Shown piece by piece: positions 60,598 through 64,000 of a DNA stretch of 64,000 nt. Every line of letters begins with the position of its first letter. Within the stretch, counting starts at the first letter, position 1. This stretch comes from Gammaproteobacteria bacterium (GTDB lineage Bacteria; Pseudomonadota; Gammaproteobacteria; UBA4575): NCBI GenBank assembly GCA_045105615.1, contig JBGCDS010000009.1, forward strand, positions 19,783 through 83,782. The letters run 5' to 3'. The notes under the pieces are model-generated. The model was not told the DNA's origin. It was given only the letters and a program-made list of their open reading frames with translations, and did no database searches. The translations under genes and the position numbers were made by a program.

Positions 60598-61263
60598 TTA
60601 ATCATCGCCACCAAATATGCCTAGAATATGTAGCAAGCTAACAAAGATATTGTATAAGCTTAAATATAAGGAAACTGTAGCATTAACGTAATTTGTTTCT
60701 CCACCATTAATGATGCGGCTAGTATCAAACAGAATAAAGCCACTCATAATTAATATGATTGCAGATGATAGAGCTAATGATAATGCTGGAATCTGTAAAA
60801 ATATATTGGCCACCATTGCTAATACGGCAATGATTAGTCCTACCATTAAGAAACCACCCATGAAGCTAAAGTCACGTTTGGTTGTTAACACGTAACCTGA
60901 TAGCGCAAGGAAGATTATTCCTGTGCCGCCTAATGAGGTAGCGATCAATTCAGGACCATTTGATAATGCAAGGTAATGGTTCAGAATTGGGCCAAGGCCA
61001 AAACCTAAAAGGCCGGTAATAGCAAATACCACGCCTATGCCTGCTGAAGAGTTTGCAGTGCGAGGTAATACAAACCAAATCAACCCCATTGCACCGAATG
61101 AGCAGGCTATGGATATCATGTGACTAACATGAAGCATCATAGAAATACCTGCAGTCAAAGCACTAAACAATAGGGTAAATGAAAGTAGCAGATAAGTATT
61201 TCTAAGTACCTTATTGATACTTACTGCTGATGTTGTCGAAATCGACGGATTAAAATTGTTCAT
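60598..61263 (-). CDS. yccA: Bax inhibitor-1/YccA family membrane protein
   Basis: NKVLRNTY.LL, G..LGPIL..Y, DFSF.G.FL and GGETNY..AT.SLY motifs. Confidence 0.93.
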   Translation of the reverse strand: MNNFNPSISTTSAVSINKVLRNTYLLLSFTLLFSALTAGISMMLHVSHMISIACSFGAMGLIWFVLPRTANSSAGIGVVFAITGLLGFGLGPILNHYLALSNGPELIATSLGGTGIIFLALSGYVLTTKRDFSFMGGFLMVGLIIAVLAMVANIFLQIPALSLALSSAIILIMSGFILFDTSRIINGGETNYVNATVSLYLSLYNIFVSLLHILGIFGGDD

Positions 61264-61549
61264 GCAAAAGCCTCAATCGTGAGAATTAATTAATAAGTTA
61301 AAGTATATAAAACAAGTGCCTAGTTTACTACATGTGCAAACACTTTATCGGCAGTTGTTGAGTTATATACACTAATATTGTGACAAAAATTCTAATTTCA
61401 AGTTGCTGCTAATCCTCATATTTTTAATGCATTAATAGCGTTATTAGCGTATTCAGCGGTTTTTGCCATTTAAATTTAGAATGGTCAACTTTAAGCTTCT
61501 TTATCGTCAGGAATAACCGAATTCTAAAAGAGGTTCAGACACGAAGAGG

Positions 61550-61891
61550 CTATTTTTTACATGGCAGCGTCTGTGCGCATAAGTTTGATTCGCAATGTGG
61601 GCAGGTAAGTGGAAAGTGTAGTACTCCCCAGTAATATGTCGAAGATTTAATCCCTCGTTCAAATACGTTTGTATTGCAATATCTGCAATATTGTTTTTTT
61701 GTAAATAATAAATGTGCTAGTACGGCGAGAGGTAATGTGAAAACGACTAGAAATTGATTAACAGAAAGTAGGCATACACATAGATAGCATATGAATATGA
61801 GGTTACCAATAATCATGCGCATTAAGTAAGGGCGTTGATCCATAAGCGAATTACAACATATGAACGGTGTAATTTCGGTGACGAATGTCAC
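61550..61891 (-). CDS. Hypothetical membrane protein with a C-terminal Zn ribbon
   Basis: Two hydrophobic segments, then CRYC...CPHC; AAGGA RBS upstream. Confidence 0.5.
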   Translation of the reverse strand: MTFVTEITPFICCNSLMDQRPYLMRMIIGNLIFICYLCVCLLSVNQFLVVFTLPLAVLAHLLFTKKQYCRYCNTNVFERGIKSSTYYWGVLHFPLTCPHCESNLCAQTLPCKK

Positions 61892-62075
61892 TTAGTTATT
61901 CCTTATGGCCCAGAGGTAGCACGTAAAAATTTGGAATTTATATGCGTAATATCCATTGAGTTTGTGCAGTGATGTCATCCATTCATCTTGATTTTTTCTA
62001 AAAAAGGTAAAGTTATTCGTCTTTCAATCGATAAGTATATCCAAGTTACACATCGATATTTCTTAAGAGGCATTT

Positions 62076-62594
62076 ATGAACTTGATTAAAAAATCATCTC
62101 AAGGATTTACCCTGGTAGAGCTACTTATTGTAGTGATAATTCTGGCTGTGCTTGCAGCTATCGTATTTCCACAGTTCTCAGCTAGTACAAATGATGCGAA
62201 AGCCGCGGCATTGCAATCAAATCTTACTAATATTCGATCAGCCATCGAGTTCTACTATCAAGAGCACGGTGAATATCCCGGCGCAAATATTGCCACAGGT
62301 GCTACTTGTGCATCTGGTGGAGCAGGAACAGCCGCAGCCAGTGGTGCTGCAGGTAGTGAAGATGCATTAATTGCTCAATTGACGCGTTATACCAATGATG
62401 ATGGTTTGGCATGTACGGGTAAAGGGGCAACATTTAAATATGGTCCATATATCAAAGGTGACATTCCAGTGAATCCTGAAGGTACGAGTAATACGGTGAC
62501 TGTTGTCTCTGCTGGAGTACTTGGTTTGTCTTCATCAGCTACTGGTGGATGGCGTTACGACACTGTGACAGGTGAATTCATTAGTGATCAATAA
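62076..62594 (+). CDS. Prepilin/pseudopilin (GspG-like) with N-methyl-Phe cleavage motif
   Basis: QG|FTLVELLIVVIILAVLAAI; L.SNL..IRSAIE.Y....G.YP; GPYI...IP.NP. Confidence 0.9.
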   Translation: MNLIKKSSQGFTLVELLIVVIILAVLAAIVFPQFSASTNDAKAAALQSNLTNIRSAIEFYYQEHGEYPGANIATGATCASGGAGTAAASGAAGSEDALIAQLTRYTNDDGLACTGKGATFKYGPYIKGDIPVNPEGTSNTVTVVSAGVLGLSSSATGGWRYDTVTGEFISDQ

Positions 62595-62638
62595 TGATTA
62601 CTTGAGACTGAAGATGAAGCATATAAGAGCAATAACAA

Positions 62639-63763
62639 ATGATAGCTATAAGTCCATTTCCACATCTTTTCTCAAGCAAATCTTTATTCAATAAAGTTGG
62701 AGCGATAGGTCTTGATTTCGCAATTGAGAAAATTAATTTAGTCCAACTTGGTGAGCTCACCAATGGTGAGCTTGCTTTAAAGTCAGTCAGTACCCATCTC
62801 TATGAGAACTCGCGTGAGGCAATGCTTGATTCACCAAAGTTGTTGCGTCGTAGTATTCGAGAAGCATTCAAAAAAAGTAATTTTTCAGGGAAAAAAGTTA
62901 TCTCTTCAATTCCTCCTGATGAAGTGCGAGTTATCTCAGTGGATTATCAGCACTCAAGTAATGATGTTAATAATCATTCGTTAATTCAAGCGATTAAACA
63001 AAGAATAGATGATGACTTGGATAGTTATGTTATAGATTATATGTCTGTCCGAGCAAATGAGAATGATAGTGATCAGTTAGCAATTGTGGCGTTAGTCAAA
63101 AATGATGTCGTTACAAAATATTTAGAAGCGATGCGCTATGCAGGATTAACTATTGATGCGTTAGAAATTCGACCTGCAGCAATTAATCGATATGTTTACT
63201 CAATACTGGAAGATAAAAGTTATCAAAACATCTTGTCTATCAATTTTGGTGACAATAAAAGTTATTTGACAATCACTTCAGGAAGAAGATTGTTGTTTGA
63301 TCAGCAAGTTGATTTTGGTGTTACGCAATTACTAGATGAAATATCTAATGCATTAGATATTTCTAATGACTCTGCAAATCAAATGGTTGAAAAGTACGGA
63401 GTAGGTGAGGCTGAAGCAGAGACGCATATTAAATTAGTTTATGACGAAGATTATGCCAAAACATTGTTAGGTATTTGTAAGCCAAGATTAGAGAAATTAT
63501 TAGAGGAAGTGAATAGAGCATTATTATTCTCAGCATCTGAAAATCAAGGGCAGTTGATTAGTAAGATATATCTGTTCGGTAGCATGACGCATTGGAAAGG
63601 ATTGACTGGCTATTTGAAAGAAAAGTTAAACCTAGATGTAGAAACAATAAAACAACCTCTAGATAAAATAACAAACCCCCATGGATCAGATGTGGGTAAT
63701 AAAGATATATATACGCCAGAATTATCTATCGCCATAGGTCATGCATTAAGGGGCTTGGTGTAG
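62639..63763 (+). CDS. PilM-like actin-fold assembly protein
   Basis: AIGLD, INFG, KIYLFG and C-terminal AIG.ALRG motifs. Confidence 0.8.
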   Translation: MIAISPFPHLFSSKSLFNKVGAIGLDFAIEKINLVQLGELTNGELALKSVSTHLYENSREAMLDSPKLLRRSIREAFKKSNFSGKKVISSIPPDEVRVISVDYQHSSNDVNNHSLIQAIKQRIDDDLDSYVIDYMSVRANENDSDQLAIVALVKNDVVTKYLEAMRYAGLTIDALEIRPAAINRYVYSILEDKSYQNILSINFGDNKSYLTITSGRRLLFDQQVDFGVTQLLDEISNALDISNDSANQMVEKYGVGEAEAETHIKLVYDEDYAKTLLGICKPRLEKLLEEVNRALLFSASENQGQLISKIYLFGSMTHWKGLTGYLKEKLNLDVETIKQPLDKITNPHGSDVGNKDIYTPELSIAIGHALRGLV

Positions 63764-64000
63764 ATGAAAGAATTTGATTTAATTCCTGAGAGCTATCGTT
63801 TATACCTCTCTAAAGTGAAAGTCTTTAAGGTATCACTTTTTGTGCTGATTATTTCTATTGCGGCTTCTAGCATTGCTTTCGGTGCGATTGAAATAGTCAA
63901 GCAGTCAGCCAATAAAAAAATAAGTCAATTAAAATCAGCTAACGATGTGGCTCAGCAACAGCAGAAAACTCTTAATGATCTTCAGCGGGTTAAAAATGAT
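63764..64000 (+). CDS. PilN-like protein, 3'-truncated by the window edge (not in ORF track)
   Basis: ATG directly after the pilM stop; MKEFDLIP matches the PilN INLLP-type motif, followed by a TM helix and coiled coil. Confidence 0.75.
   Translation, partial: MKEFDLIPESYRLYLSKVKVFKVSLFVLIISIAASSIAFGAIEIVKQSANKKISQLKSANDVAQQQQKTLNDLQRVKND

Noticed and set aside
61264-61549. tRNA-Ser often found beside yccA
   Set aside because: No cloverleaf or GTTCRA T-loop was found in this AT-rich spacer.

Overview
AT-rich (roughly 35-42% GC by eye) chromosomal window of a gammaproteobacterium, probably marine or sediment-dwelling. Most of it is housekeeping backbone: fabD(partial)-fabG-acpP-fabF-pabC-mltG-tmk-holB-pilZ, sucA-sucB-lpdA, msrQ, bioA, acs, bcp, aat, trxB, ftsK-lolA-rarA ... 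crcB-serS, yajQ, yccA, and the start of a pilin/PilM/PilN-type operon. An accessory block at ~16-36.5 kb holds the main points of interest. (i) A RuBisCO-like protein (form IV) fused to a cupin, matching two consecutive steps of the MTA-isoprenoid shunt. (ii) A self-contained three-gene operon for exported proteins: a Sec-exported CxxCH protein, a CxxCH+LamG lipoprotein and a Tat-exported DUF1501-like protein, with a structured leader. I know of no established function for it, and it is the best candidate for an undescribed system. (iii) A carnosine-N-methyltransferase-like enzyme with a Zn-ribbon and a PqqD-like tail. (iv) A selenoneine cluster (senB divergent from senA-egtD-senC) whose selenophosphate synthetase is fused to a flavoprotein domain. 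Also seen: a candidate ~115-nt sRNA with C-rich loops downstream of serS, unannotated small membrane ORFs, a degenerate GIY-YIG-like protein, and glcDEF plus an antiporter inserted between rarA and crcB. No CRISPR array, rRNA, tRNA, transposase or integrase was recognised. All family calls come from motif recognition by eye; no database search was run.
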